In this document: positions 11,359 to 25,989 of the stretch, piece by piece | Numbering within the stretch: the stretch's first letter is position 1 | Layout of the letters: every line of letters begins with the position of its first letter | Source of the DNA: Eledone cirrhosa | Taxonomy: Eukaryota | Length of the DNA stretch: 64,000 nt | Reading direction: 5' to 3' | Assembly: GCA_964016885.1 (NCBI GenBank) | Contig: OZ024741.1 | Span: 373,178,001-373,242,000 of the forward strand | Made by a program: the position numbers and the translations under genes | Notes under the pieces: model-generated | What the model was told of the DNA's origin: nothing | What the model saw: only the letters and a program-made list of their open reading frames with translations | Databases searched by the model: none

Positions 11359-12443
11359 TGATGATGATGAAGATGATGATGTCATCCCTTAAAAACCTTT
11401 ACTAAACTTTGTCTAAAATGTTCTTTAGAATTTCCCTGGAACAAGATCCGTATCACATGACATAAGTTCAAATTAAGCATTAATTACATCACTAATTACA
11501 TCAGATTAAGTTTGGAAGAGTCTATAAAGATTATGAAATTACCCCTCTTCTTTAAACTAAACAAATGATTTTTTTCTCCTGGTCAATTGAATTCTAAATT
11601 TAAGAATGTTACATCTTAAAATCTTATTCAGCTGTAAAAGCTGATTTCTAAAAAAAATCTTAACATCCTGTAATGAATTAGCAAAAAATATTTCATTTAA
11701 CATACAAGTTTGTTAATTCAAATGCTTATAGTATCTTTACTAGGGGATAGATTGTTATGAAAATTTACAGCATTAGAGTAAAGACTTAAATATTGAATGA
11801 GGTGTTTTGTATTTTTCAAGAATGTTTTGCTAATGCTAATGTGGTACATGATGTTAAGGTTAATATGAAGATATGAAATATAATTATCCTGTTTTATATT
11901 ATTGTTTTATTTTATCTGTTAGCACAGATGAAAACAAGTTTATATGAAATAACCCATAGTAATCACATTAGACAGTTTAATTCAAGAATGGATAATATAT
12001 ATTACATGTGTCCAAGGTGGCATGAAAAAACATTTTATTGTCACAGGTGAAATGTACTTTTTGTTAGTGAATTTACTAAACAAAATATCAGCAACCTTCA
12101 ATTTATCAGCTGTCACTTCAGAAGTGTATACATAGGGTTAGCAGGGTTGGACTGTCACCTGCTGTGGCCCTAAGCTATACGAAATTTGAGAACAACAGCA
12201 ACAAATGTTTATATTCTACAAACAAACTAACTTTCCTATTTTTCCAAATTTACAAGTAAAAAAACAATTAGGAATTAAAAAAGTAGAAGTTAAATTTAGT
12301 TCAAATTTTGCTGTTATAGGAGATAACCACATTAATTATGAAATATTTTGGTTGTTAAATACTGTCATTATGATTGAATACTTTCCTTCTTTAACACTTA
12401 ACCCTTCTGATACCAAATCACCTCAGATACAAGACTGTTTTAA

Positions 12444-12651
12444 CCCTTTAGCATTTACATTACTCTATATTTACAATTGTATTTTCACAGTAAAGGCTTT
12501 ATTTCACATAATATCAAATCTATGAGATTTTGATATTATTTATTTTGAGAACAATACCATAACATCAGTATGAGCGGCCAGTTTCAGTCAGTTTGAACAG
12601 AAAGAAGTGAGAGCATTCTGGCCGGATATGGCCTGTTTAAATGCTAAAGGG
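12444..12651. mobile_element. piggyBac-type MITE
   Basis: TTAA TSD on both sides, CCCTTTAGCATTTA TIRs. Confidence 0.85.
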
Positions 12652-14468
12652 TTAAATATAAACATATTGCTGTGTCTAACCTAGTTTTTAGAATAAGTAC
12701 ACCATATATATGCTTGTCATAAAAGGTGACTAAAAGGGTTGGTGTCAGGAAGGGCATCTAGCTGTAAAATATTGCCTCAAACCATCCCATCAAAACCCAT
12801 GCCAGCATGGAAAAGTGGACATAAAAACCATGACGATGATGATGATGATGATGACAATGGTGATGATGATGATGATAGTTATTATCACATGTATTTCAAC
12901 ACTACAGTATACACCACAGCAGAATTTTTTTTATTTCGTTTCTGCTAATCTTCATGCACACACACACATTGTATTGAGTTCTTTAGGTTTCACACAAATA
13001 CAAAAAAAAATTAAGAGGATGAAAGTTAGATTAAAAGAATTAATTGATAGTTACTTGAAAGAATTTGAGATAGAGATGGTCAACTAATTCATAAGAATAT
13101 AGTGGTGATCAAGCACTTAAAAGCATTCTTATTGCTATATGTGAACAATGTGTTCTTTGTTATTGATATTATTTTGCTGTTCTTAAATTAAAAATATACA
13201 ATTTGTATTTCTTTTTATAATATAAAACTGCTTTCTTTTGATAATCCATTGATGTGCTGTTCTCTTTAGAGTTTATTTTAAAATTTAAATTCAAATATAT
13301 TCATTGCTATAAGGCAGACAAACATAAACAATAGACGTTTTAATACTTATGTCTATACCGAAGAAGGTAAGTGAATAAGAAAAGTATTAAAAAGAAAACA
13401 AAACTATTTGATAATGAAAGTATTCCATAATTAATATGATTGGCTAATATCAAATATTGCCAACATATTTGAAGGGCTGCCAATATTTTATTGCTGATTT
13501 GGGAATTTATTTTATAGAGAACTGGTGGTTAAAATATCGGCAGCTCAGATAGTTGGTTGTTGTCTTTTCAAAGTGATTGCCATTAATAATTGTCTAAACG
13601 ACGTCCTAAATGCTTTCATTTATATATATATATATATGTTTCTTTTATACTTTTGTTCATAGTAAAGCAATAAATACACAGAAAAATAAGTATGAAGATG
13701 GTTCTTTCTTTTTTTTTTCATTAAAAAGATCCATTACTATTATTATTTATTCATTACTTTTACCTTTTGTGAATTACTTGTTATAAATAAAACATAATTC
13801 TTAAAGCTGTCTTATTCAAACAATTCAGAAGTTATTGATTGTCTGAACAGAATTCTTGAGAATACTTTCAGACAATTTTCTTTCTCTTTTCTTTTTCATA
13901 AAATAATTTATGAAGTACAAATATAATAAAAATAGTAATCTGCTATTCAAAAGTTTACATGGGCACATGAGGGAATTTTTCTAGTAGTAATGTGAGCACA
14001 TGCTTTCAAGAAGTTTTGTCACTGCTGCTTTAATTAAAACAAACTAATGGGGTCCATCTTTTAACATCCTGCACCACATGAACGACATGAAAAGTTCAAG
14101 ACACGACTATGAGTGTACCACATAAAAAATTGATGTCTATACTCTAATACTGCAGATTTTCACAATGAGCTATCCGTTATTAAATATACTATAAATGTTC
14201 AAATTAAGAAACCACACAAAACCACATAAGCAAGACATTCTTGAAAAGTACAAAACAGCACTATAATTGAATCACATTAAAAATTTAAAGTTTTTATTCT
14301 AATACTGTAGATTTTCACAATGATCTGTTCACCAGTAAAGACACTATAAACATTTGAATTAACAAACCTGTTTTTAGATATTTTCATCTTGTGCTAAATC
14401 ATTACAAGATGTTAAGAGCTATACTATATACAAAATGATTCGGTAGCCTCTTTCATAACATTTAATAT

Positions 14469-15475
14469 TTGAAACCAAGAAGGGTTGATGTTGATAGACT
14501 GTACTTAAGGAGATCTGAAGGTGGAAGAGGTCTAATCAGTGCGGAGGACTGTGTTCAGATGGAGAAGAACTGTTCACGCAAATATGTGTCTGCGAGTAAT
14601 GAACCAATGCTTAAGGCTGTATTGAAGGAGACAATAAACCATGGGATGTCCAAGAAAGAATTAACAACAAAGAGGAAGAACAACCTGAATGAAAATATCC
14701 TTCATAGCATCTTTTTGATGAAAACAGAATTCAGAGATCTGCAGAGATGGAACTGGTTAAAGAAAGGGGACCTTAAGAAAGTTACAGAGGGAATGCTACT
14801 GGTTGCACAGGAGCAAGCCCTTGGAATGAAGTGGATGACACACCATATTGACAAGGAGGAGGCTAGCCTGCTCTGTAGGATCTGTGGAGAGAGAGAAAAC
14901 TGTGGCTCACATCGTATCCAAATGTAAACACATAACCAATAAAGGACGGAGCCATGATATCATAGGAAGAGTGATTTACTGCCATATTATCTCATTCAGA
15001 GAAATGATATGAGCATAAACCATTCAGTGATAGAAAAGGATCGAGTGAAGGTGCTATGGGATTTCAGGATACAAACAGACAAGAAATTAGAACACAATAG
15101 ACCTGACCTGGTGGTTTTTGACTAGGGAAAAACGTTTTGTCTGATTGTAGATGTAGGTTGCCCCTTTGACACAAAGGAGAAGGAAAAAGAGAAAATTAAC
15201 TAGTACCAGGATGGGAACTGTCATGAAATCAAGGTTGTCCCCGTCATCATAGGAACACTAGGTACTATCTTGAAGAATATCCAAGGTTGGTTAAAGAACA
15301 TTAGCTCAGCCCCCTTTTTTGGAATACTCCAAAAGGCATGCCTACTGGGAACAGCAAGAACCCTCCAATACATCCTGAATATCTGAGGCAGCAGATAGCA
15401 GTTTGATGTTCATTAGGGCAAATTTTATGGTTAAATAACATCAATGACTGAGATATCAAAGTAACAATAATAATA
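14469..15475 (+). mobile_element. R4/Dong-clade non-LTR retrotransposon 3' part (RLE type), degenerate
   Basis: VDRLYLRRSEGGRGL, WLKKGDL..TEG..AQEQAL, CRICG zinc knuckle, then LWDFRIQTDKKLEHNRPDLVV, DVGCPFD, VVPVIIGTLG, LQKACLLGTAR; frameshifts and stops; AATAATAAT tail. Confidence 0.88.
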
Positions 15476-16298
15476 TTCCTTGTAGAATTTCTCTCAGTTC
15501 AAAGACCCTCGTAGAAGGCCATAATGAAATAGTACAATAAAATTCATTTGACACACTAATAATTCTGCAAATCTACTGTCATCTCTAGAGTCTATTATAG
15601 TAAAGTACCATTCAAGTGAAGGTGCCTACTTGGTAGAGTCGTTAGGATGTCAGATTAAAAATACCTTGATGTATGTTCGAGATCACTGCATTCTGAGTTC
15701 AAATCCTGCTGAGGTTAACTTTGTCTTTCATCCTTTTTATGTCAATAAATCAAATACCAGTTCAGTAATGAGGTTAATATATCTCTTTTTCACTTCTCTC
15801 CCCTCTCTCTAGAAGAAATCAGTTGTACTCTAAGCTACAGAGGTATAGGCTTCAGCAGGTTTTAAATTCCCAAGACACAGTGTGTATCAGAATAGCATAC
15901 CTACAACTCCTCCAAGAGTTAAGGGCCCTTTGAATTTACCAATTAAGTGCTGAGGTCACTGTAATCAACTGCCTTCCTAACCCTAAAATGTCTGGCCTGG
16001 TGCCGATGTTAGAAATTATTCACCATCATCATCATAAATGTCTAGTTTCCTTACTGGTTGAACTATTATCAATATTATTACAGGTGGTAGATAAGCAAAA
16101 TCGGTTAAACAACGAACAAAATGCCTTAGTTACATCTTTTTACAGTGTGATTTCAAATTCCACCTTGATCAACTATACTTATTAATCAAGGTTGATGAAA
16201 TAAGTACCAATCAAGTATGATGTGGGTTGGGGGTTGACATAATCAACTACTTCCATTCTGCCTCCAATTAAAATGACCAGTTTTGTACTTTATTATTA

Positions 16299-16518
16299 TT
16301 GGCAGTATCGGTAGAGGGTCGGACGCCATGCTTTGCAGCATGGAGTTACGGGCCTTTATGATCTCAGTTCAAATCCCACCGCGGTTAACTTTGCCTTTCA
16401 TCCTTATGGGGTCGATAAAATAAAGTACCAGTCATGCACTGGGGGCGATTCAATCAACTCTCCTCTCCCCCAAAATTGCTGGCCTGGTGACTAAATCAGA
16501 AACCATTATTATTATTAT
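16299..16518 (+). mobile_element. SINE family A inserted at the tail of an older copy (16085-16298)
   Basis: Head, core and (ATT)n tail match the family. Confidence 0.85.
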
Positions 16519-16824
16519 TGCAAGCATAGAAAAATGGTCATAAAAACGATGATAATGACAATACACATCAAACTGATTGATAAACTTAATCCACTGTCCA
16601 CTTAGATACCAACACCTTATCCTTGGGTGCCTAGAAGACATTCAGGCCAACCTCTGATCTGCTAGTAACTTATTCCCTTTCTCCATCCAGTCACAGAGGC
16701 TCTGAAAAAATCTAGGGCATTACTCTTCTTCCTCTGACTAGATCATTAATAGATGTATTTTTCTATTTGCCCTATTCAAGGGTGTTCAGACATTCCATGC
16801 TCCTAAACAAACACATTCCTCCAA

Positions 16825-17140
16825 GATATGATTTAGTTGATAGAGTGTTGGGCTGCTATCGTGAGGTTCTGAGTTTGATTCCCAGACTGGCTGATGCATT
16901 GAATCCTTGAGCAAGATACTTTATTTCACATTGCTCCAGTTCATTCAGCTGTAGAAATGTGTTGCAACATCACTGGTGCCAAGTTGTATTGGCCATTGCT
17001 TTTCTCTTGGACAACATCAGTGGTGTGGAGTGGAGAGACTGGTATGTGTGGGTGACTGATGATCTACAAACAGCCTTGCCTTGGAGGGGAACTTTCTAGG
17101 TGCAAATCTCATGGTCATTCGTGACTGAAGGGGGTCTTTT
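16825..17140 (+). mobile_element. SINE family C (tRNA head plus CORE-like domain)
   Basis: Colinear with 29162-29497. Confidence 0.75.
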
Positions 17141-18242
17141 ACTCCTCACAGGATAGCAACCATACTAAATGGAAAGTACAGGCAGATAAATAAATACCTT
17201 GTCAAATAAAACAATGTAAAATTCCTATTAAATTTGGAATTTAGGTCTCGCACACCATGAAAAATTATCAATTGTATTATAATATTCCAGCATATTTTAT
17301 TGACTTTCAGTATATATGAAAATATATAAAATCATTCTTTTTCTTTCTATTCAGTTAAATTGCATGCTTTTATATAAACACTTTTAAAATGTTAGCAAAA
17401 TTTGTTGTTAAAATTCCTCAAAATAAGATGGTTATTTGAGTACAGTAACCGCATTTCTTGCCATATTATATTTTATGAGTAAATTTCCTACATAAGCAAA
17501 TTATAATAATCACTTGCTACGTACTATAGCTACTTATACTTCATGTTATATTAGAAAAAACACTATATCTAAATTAACACTTAACTATATATTGCAGCAT
17601 ATTTACCAGTTTTACTTCCTAATCATTATTCCACTTCCCAAATATGTTGTATGATAATAAAAAATTTCAGGCTATATAGTAGTAGTGTTAGACTCAACAG
17701 ATTTATGATGAGAGTTTGGTGAAACGATATATTCTGACATAAAATAAAACAAGTGATTTATTTTCTACAGCTGTCATTGGAAATGTGACGAAAGAGAAGT
17801 TCTTATCTGTTTAAATTATGTTGCAGAGCTAAATAAATTCAAGATAAATTATGTAATTGTTTGACATTCAAGAAATATATTTTAGGATACAGAAAGTTGA
17901 AACTAGGCTGTTTCCTCATACTTTTTTGTATATTACAATAGAGAGATTCCATAAAAATGTCACCATATAAATGAGTATCTGCTAACCTGCATCAATTTCA
18001 TGTATGTTAGAAAGACTTCAGTGAATAACATGCTATGTGGAAAGTATTCTTGGCCATAAAGTTGACTCAGATTTCTACGATACTAAACAAATGAAAGTTT
18101 TCAGCAGACTCCAAGAAAGCATATTTAAAAAAAAAAAATGTTCATTCTTAAGGAGAAACAAACAACCCTGCCTCCCTTCTTTTAATGAGTAGACTTGGTA
18201 TTTGGTATAAATCATGTAATGGAATTCAAGTGAATGATAATA

Positions 18243-18425
18243 ATAATAATTGTTTCTAATTTTTGGCACAAGGCAAGCAATTATCCAGTGCATTACTGGT
18301 ACTTTATTTTATCGGCCCCGTAAGGATGAAAGGCAAAGTCAACCTCGGCGGGATTTGAACTTAGATCGTTAAGGGACGTAACTATGCTGGAAAGCATGGC
18401 ATCCGACCCTCTACCGATCCACCAC
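18243..18425 (-). mobile_element. SINE family A followed by (CAC/CAT)n tract to 18550
   Basis: Reverse-complement match to the family. Confidence 0.85.
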
Positions 18426-19329
18426 CACCACCACCACCACCACCATCAACATCATAACCACCACCATCATAACCACCACCACCATCAACATAACCACCAC
18501 CACCACAATCATCATCATCATAACCACCACCACCACCATCAATAACAATAATTTCTACAACCTAAAAGTGCTAGACAACTTTATTTCATGAACATAGTTA
18601 AATGAGAAAATTTGTATCAAACTGTGCTTTGTTAGACATGCAGGTGTTTTAAGAGGTTTCTGGGATGTTCTATTATGTAATGAGAAAGGATGTGGTGGGT
18701 GGGGGGACACTCATGTGGGTATGTGATGAATATGACAATTGAATGGGAGTTGGGGTAGTTTACATGTTCAATCCTGAGCAAAATATGTGTCAAGAAAATG
18801 TTTTCAATTCAGCACATCACAAAATGTTTTACAGTTTTATTTACAGTGATCTAAAGTTCTAATAAATGATTACATGACAAGTAAACCAGTACCATCATTA
18901 ATGATTTCTAACATTAGCACAACACCTAACAATTTGGGGGAAGGGTAAGTCAATTATATCAACTCCAGTAATTAATTGGTACTTGATTTTATTGACTTAG
19001 GAAGAATGAAAGCAAAGTTGACCTCAACAGGATTCAAACTTGGAATGTAAAAGGACATAACAAAATGCTGTAAAGCATTTGGTGCTCTAACAACTCTGCT
19101 AATCCACCTCCCTGGTGCCATCAATAATGACAACAGCAGCATATTTAATATTTGGAATCCAGGATTGGTATGTCACATATACCAGTGTTACTAGATATAT
19201 GAAATATATATATATATTTCAAGAAACCTTCAACCCATTAACTATGCACAATGTAGCTGTATGATGCCAGCATATGATATATGATGCTGCATTGAAAAGA
19301 GATATGTGTGATAATACAGTGGATATAGG

Positions 19330-19710
19330 GAGTCTGAACAGAAATTTAGTGAGTATGCTTCGATGGATATGCTATGTTAAAGTATTTGACTGATGAAGCA
19401 TGGACGAACTAAGAGAAAAACTGGGGTATCAAAGGAACAGATATAGTGTGCAAGAGAAAAGACTGTGGTGGTATGGACATGTGATGCATATGGATGATGA
19501 TAGCTGGATGAAGAAGTGGCCAGAAATTCCAATGGAAGGAAGCTGTAGAAGAAGAAGACTAAGGAAAATCTGGGCAGATACTGAGAACTCATCTCAAATT
19601 GCTGAAGCTCACAGAGTGAAGGGATTCAATGAGTGAGGGCAGGTACTATACTGAAAAAGACATGTCCATCCCATGCAAATATGGAAAAGCTGATGTATGA
19701 TGATAATGAG
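19330..19710 (+). mobile_element. RTE LINE 3' fragment
   Basis: ELREKLG, VQEKRLWWYGHVMHMDDDSW, EGSCRRRRLRKIW; ends in the shared CCCATGC...GATGAT tail. Confidence 0.8.
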
Positions 19711-21112
19711 GAGGGGGAGGGTAAGAAGGAGCAAAGGACACCAGATGAACTATGGAAATGTATATTGTGATAGGTTAGAAAGCATTGTGAAAAATTGACA
19801 GATTATGTCCCCAGCCTCAAAAGTTCCACACCGAAGCAAAATAATTTTTTTCTTACATTAGCATAAAACCAGCAATTTGGATAAGAGCAAAGTTGATTAA
19901 ACTGACCTCAGTATTAAACTGGTACTTTACTTTATCAGCCCCAGAAAGAAGAAAGCAAAGTTGGCCTCGGCAGGATTTGAACTCAGAATGTAAAGCATAA
20001 GAATGAAAATGGCGAAACATTCTATCCAACACTTTATCAACTGCCCTCTACAATGTAGCAAAGTCATAAACCCATACTCTCACTTTGGGGGAGCAGATTC
20101 TCTCTCAAAACTATTACCTATAGTTTTCCAATGTTACCTTCAAAATATTTCATCCAACCAATCTTTAAACATTGAGCTATAAAAGTAATGTTAATACACT
20201 TCTAGGGGAAAAAAGATTGGATGAAATATAAAGTTCACAATAAATTAACCTTTTTCATTCTAACCCACTCAAAACTTCCCCTTGTTTCTAATTTCATAAC
20301 CCCATCCTTGAAAGGATTCCTATCCTATAATTTGATATAAGAACCTTTTGTTAAATTATGTTACAGATACTATTGTAATAATGGAATAATAGTTTTAGTA
20401 AATCCCTTCAATTAATTCAAATACAATATATTTCATGAGAAATATGGTAATAAAAATGTTGGAACTATCTGTACAGAGAAATCAAGTGGTGTGACGAAGA
20501 AGGATTTACCACAATCTGAAACCATTTTCCGTAATTTCCTGCAAACCAATTATTCATGATTACTTATTTTTTTCAGAAATTTTACCTACTATTTTTTTGT
20601 CTTTTTTTCTTTTTCTATATATTATTTTCAATTAAAACCTTATGATAACAGCTTAAGTTATTAAATGTTTGCCAACAATTATTGTCAAATCGCACTGCAA
20701 TTTAATTACCAGCTATTGAGAAACTGTCATAGCCAGTTATAGTTGATGTCAAGCTAAAAGTAGCTACAGCTGAAAAATAATAAACCTTTAACAAAAGCAC
20801 TTTGTTAATTTCTTGGATCACCTTCAAATTAAAAAAAAAAAGAATAATTTTCAACAACTGTCATAGCTGTTCTATACAAATTCTATAAAAATATATGTTT
20901 AAGCAAAAACTAATATTTTCCAGGCATATTTTTAATGAATACCTGCAACAAGTGAACAACAGAATTGCCTTAGGAAGCAATGCAAGTTGTGGGATGTGAA
21001 TTTCAATATATACTAGCACAAAGCTATCAAAAATACTATAAAAAATGTCTCTGTACAAATATGCAAAGAAACTTGAAAATTCCAAGCAGCTTTTGACTAG
21101 ACCTAGGTATTT

Positions 21113-21303
21113 AATAATTGTTTCTACATTTGGCACAAGGCCAGCAATTATCCCAGTGTATTACTGGTGCTTTATTTTATCGACCCCGTAAGGATGAAAG
21201 GCAAAGTTAACCTCGGTGGGATTTGAACTCAGACCATAAAAGACCGTAACTCTTTGCTGCAAAGTATGGCATCAGACCCTCTACCAATACTGCCAATCCA
21301 CCA
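21113..21303 (-). mobile_element. SINE family A
   Basis: Reverse-complement match. Confidence 0.85.
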
Positions 21304-21554
21304 TTTAATAATATTCAGAAAACATTATTATATCACCAGCCTTTTACACTATAAAAAGCTACTGTTGATCCATATGAAAAGGTTTCCACTCAACACTCTA
21401 AAAATTGCATGATCAGCTTAGGGCATTCTTTACAACAAGAGTCTGAAAAAGTCCTTTACTAAACAGTCTTATTCCTATGGTAATACTGGGATCTCAAGAA
21501 ATATACACTCTGTCTCCAGCAAAATCACAACATAATTTAAGTAATAAACATATC

Positions 21555-22140
21555 TTCTTCATCATCATTTAATTTCCATTTTCTCTGCTAACGAGAGTTG
21601 GAAATGTCACAGTTTGGTCGCGTCATCATTTAACATTCATTTTCTTTGCTAACAAGGGTTGGACATGTCTCAGTTTGGTCACATCATCATCAAACATCCA
21701 TTTTCTCTACTAACGATGGTTGGACGCAATTCGATCACATCATCATCATCATTTAACGTCCATTTTGTCTGCAACAAGGGTTGGACATGTCACAGTTCGA
21801 TCAATACTCAAGTAGAGTCCAGCATACGATCTCATGTTCTACCACGTAAATTCTATCATGACAATAACACTAGGGGGTTTGTTGTGTCTTTAACATAGCT
21901 AAAAATTCTTCTCAGCCCTTTGTTTGGTAGGTTTTCTATGATTGGATGCCCATCCTATCACCAACCACTTTACAGAGTGTACTGGGTGCATATATTGTGT
22001 AGGTCACCAACACTAGAGGCATTGTCATGTCTGTGGCACTACTGAAGAGTCCCCCTGACTCTTTGTTTGTCAAGTTTTCTATGGCTGGATGCCCTTCATA
22101 TACCCAACTACTTTACAGAGTGTACTCGATGTGTTTATTT
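21555..22140 (-). mobile_element. SINE family B with ~4 tandem copies of its 3' tail unit
   Basis: Repeats of CATCATTTAAC...TTTCT..GCTAACAAGGGTTGGACATGTC then two bodies. Confidence 0.65.
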
Positions 22141-23109
22141 ATGAATGTTAAAAAAGAAAACACACACTTTATATTAAGTGAATTCATAGTCGTTTGTGTT
22201 ATAAAGAATTTTATCAGGAAGAAATAAATATCTGTACATTGCTTTTCAAGGGTACAAATTATGCTTCATTGACATTATTTAACTTTTAACATTATATAGT
22301 GATTTAGCAGAATATATCTAAAATGGGTTTCCTAATACAAATGTTTTGTAGTATCTTTACTAGTGAACAGATCTTTGTGAAAATTTGTAGTATTAAGGTA
22401 GAGGCATTAATTTTTAATATCATAGTCATAGTTTTTTGTGCTTTTCAACAATGTCTCACTAATTCAGTCTCATGTGGTACAGGTCATCAAGAGTTAAATA
22501 ATATGAGATTGTACACACCAGATACAGTTGTAAATGGCTACCTATTTTATCGTCACCAGTTCCTTTTACTTTCTGTAAAGTCTAATTAATATAAAACTGG
22601 CTTTATTACAACATAACAGGGGTAATTTTCCCTTGTTGCTCTGTATACCATTGATATCTCATGTAAGAATCTCACAGCTATGCTGACACTTTATAGACTT
22701 TATCTGTCTCTTATTTCTTAGATCGACAGATTCGTCTCATACAACTCTATTGCAGCAACTACAAATGCACTTTCATTCTGATTTATATTTCACCATCTCA
22801 AGTGTGCTCAGGATTCAATTATATGTCATATACTAATCCATCTGAACATTAATAATATGACTGACATTATCCCTAATCATGCAAGGGGTTGGGGGAGACT
22901 CTTCAGCTGTTTCAAGGACATGACAACTTCCCTAGGACTGGTGCTATAATAAAATGTACTCATTAGAATATGGGAACGATTTATAAGTGAGCTGTAGCCC
23001 TCTAGCCCACCCGAGCATTCAATAGTCTGAAATGACCTGTCTAACCCTTAATTAAATGATTATTAAATGGTGATGGTAATGATGATGTTACAAACTATGG
23101 AGATAATAC

Positions 23110-23340
23110 CTTCTTCTTTGCTCACTTATTCCTGGGAGGGTCGTGGGGACAGAGTCCTCAAATACTCCTTCCTCTGAGTCCTGTCAGAAGCAACCATTTC
23201 CAATTGATCTGGCTGGATCCCCAAGCAAGACCAGCAAAGCTCATGAATGTTATCCAACCCTCTTGCTCAAGGTCTACCTCTGGGTCTCCTGCTGGTTAGT
23301 TTTGCCCGTAAAATACCCACTTCATGAGTATTTCCCCCCG
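23110..23340 (-). mobile_element. RTE (Expander/Rex3-like) 3' fragment
   Basis: Colinear with 25995-26190. Confidence 0.65.
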
Positions 23341-24391
23341 AACATTACTTATAAGAAATGAGACCTAGAAAACCTTCAACAGGGAGGAAATGACAGCCAA
23401 GTTTCATTTCCTAGCATCAAGATATGGTCATAATATATATCAACACTAAACCATACCAATTCATGCCCAAGTTCTACTAAAACCTTCAAAATCTCTAAAC
23501 ACACTTAATTTCACAATCTTTTAGAGCAGCCACACATCTATAGCATAGCAAAGACTGCCGCCCAAGGGTCTATTTTCCTCTTGAAGGGTTAGAAACTATA
23601 TTAGCTATGGACAGGTTTCTTACTTCCCCTATTTCTGGAATCATGCAACTGTTAGCTAAACAAATCCCAGACTGTTGATATGCTGGGAATGTTTTGGGTA
23701 TAGTTTTGAAGGGTATGATTGGTTTAACTTTATGGTTAGAGTAGAATGCTTTTTGATGGGTCAGGTTGAGTAAAGGTGTATGGAAAATATTTGCTTGAGG
23801 TTGTGGACATTGTCAGTTTGAAATCACGTTGTATACATTTATATGAGGGGAATTAACAGTCAAAATTATGTCACCTTTAAATACCAGATTCACCCAATTT
23901 GAATTATTAATATTGTGCAAAACTTTTGATTAGCTGAACATATTGGAGTTACATTACTTACATTTTGTTTTTTGATTTTAAATATTATAGGAGGGAGTTT
24001 GACCTTCTTATTGCATAGATAACATTAGTCAATTGAAGTTTTTCAATTTACTATATAACACATATGAAACCTTTCAATATAAGAAAATGGAACCAGTTTT
24101 ATGGAGATCATCTTAATACTGAATGCCAAAAAAAAGTGTGTTATGTGTGTCTGGTTTAGAATAGGTACACCATATCCTCACATGTTGGTTGTAAGAGGTG
24201 ACTAAGAAGGTTGTGTCAGGAAGGACCACTAGCTGTAAATATTGCCTCAAAAGTCTTGTCCAACCCATGCCAACATGGAAAAGTTGATATAAAAAGCGAT
24301 GAGGATGATGATGATGATAAATTCTACCAGTCATAGTGGTGTGTGGATTTGATTTACTTTCATAAGCATACATACACACACACACACACAC

Positions 24392-24422
<31 letters not shown>

Positions 24423-25319
24423 CACGTATATAAAAGAGATGAATATCAATGCACTACATAACAACAAGAACATTAGCTAAAATCATTGAGACTTTGCTGC
24501 TATGACAGGATTGCACTGGTTTACATAGAATCTGGGTTCATGGCTCAAGAAATGTCATTCAGATTAGTTCACAGTTTGCAATATTTAATTGTGTCAGCCA
24601 GTCAGTGATGTATGCATTAGATGAGAATGAGAACCAAATTGATTTCATCTTCATCATGGTTCAGTATTTATTTTCCATACTAATGTGGGTTTGACTGGCT
24701 GTTAAGTTATAAGGCCTGACAGGTCAGGTGATCACATCTAGCTCATATGCACCATTTTCAGCAGGTTTTCTACAGCTGGATGCCCTTCATAATGTTAATT
24801 ACCTTACATCGTGGACAAGGTGCTTCTTGTTATGGCATCAGCAGTACTCACTTAAAAGGTGGACTGGGTGCTTCTTGTTGTGACATCAGCACTACCACCT
24901 TACAGGGTATACTGGGTGCGTTTTGTTGTGGGACCAGTATGACTCTCTTACAAGGTGGACAGGGTGCTTTTTGTCATAGCACCAGCACTAGCATCTTACA
25001 AAATGGAGAGGGTACTTCTTGTTTAGGCATTTCTGGTGTGACAAATCAAATGGAAAATATAACACTCCAAATTTGCAATTTAGTGAAAACTTAAAAAAGC
25101 AGCACCCTTTCTAAATTGGTGGGTGATAAGGTGTTCAGTCTATATCTTGAAGATCCTCTTCAGTCATAGCTGACCATGGGTTTGCACCCAGAAAGTTCTT
25201 TTCAAAGGCACAAGCATAGGCAATATCTTTTGTAAAAGGCCAGCAGTCACCCACGTATGTCAGTTTCTCTCCTTTATGACACCATGTGTCCAACGGCACA
25301 GCAAAGCATTTGCACTAAT

Positions 25320-25650
25320 CATCATCATCATCATTTTACGTCCGCTTTTCACTGCTTGCAAGGGTGGGACGGGAACTAATTCTGGCTTGATTTCTACAGC
25401 TGGATGCCCTCCCTAACACCAACCTCATTTACAGTGAGTGCTGGGTGCTTTTTTTTCCGTGGCACCTCCACGACCACTTTGCAGTGGAATGATATGGACC
25501 CCGGACCTTATCATCTCATTTCTACAGCTGAGTAAACTGGAGCAATGTGAAATAAAGTGTCTTGCTCAAGGAAACAACACATCACTCGGTCTGAGAATTG
25601 AACTCACAACCTTTCGATTGCAAGGCCAATGCTCTAACCACTAAGCCATT
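25320..25650 (-). mobile_element. Full-length composite SINE (family C head plus family B body/tail)
   Basis: Nearly identical to 40245-40570. Confidence 0.85.
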
Positions 25651-25989
25651 GCAATTAATGTTGTCCAGTTGAGTGGACTGGAACAATGTTAAAGTGTCTT
25701 GCTCAAGGACAAAACATTCTTCCGGGCTTATGAATCTTATTTTATATACTTGAGTTTAAGCATACAGATAATATTTTAACATACTTTAAATTGAGCTCAA
25801 GATTGGATGAAAACTTCAGGAGTCCAACACCCAAAGCACTATGCCTTATACATTATGGTGGACTCAATAGGAAATTTTGTGTATCAATGTGTGTTTATTA
25901 GAGCTTTGTCATCAGTCTTCTTCTCTTCATCCTAGTCTTTCAGGCCATCTCACAGATGTTCAACAATTGTTGTCCTTGTGAACTATACT

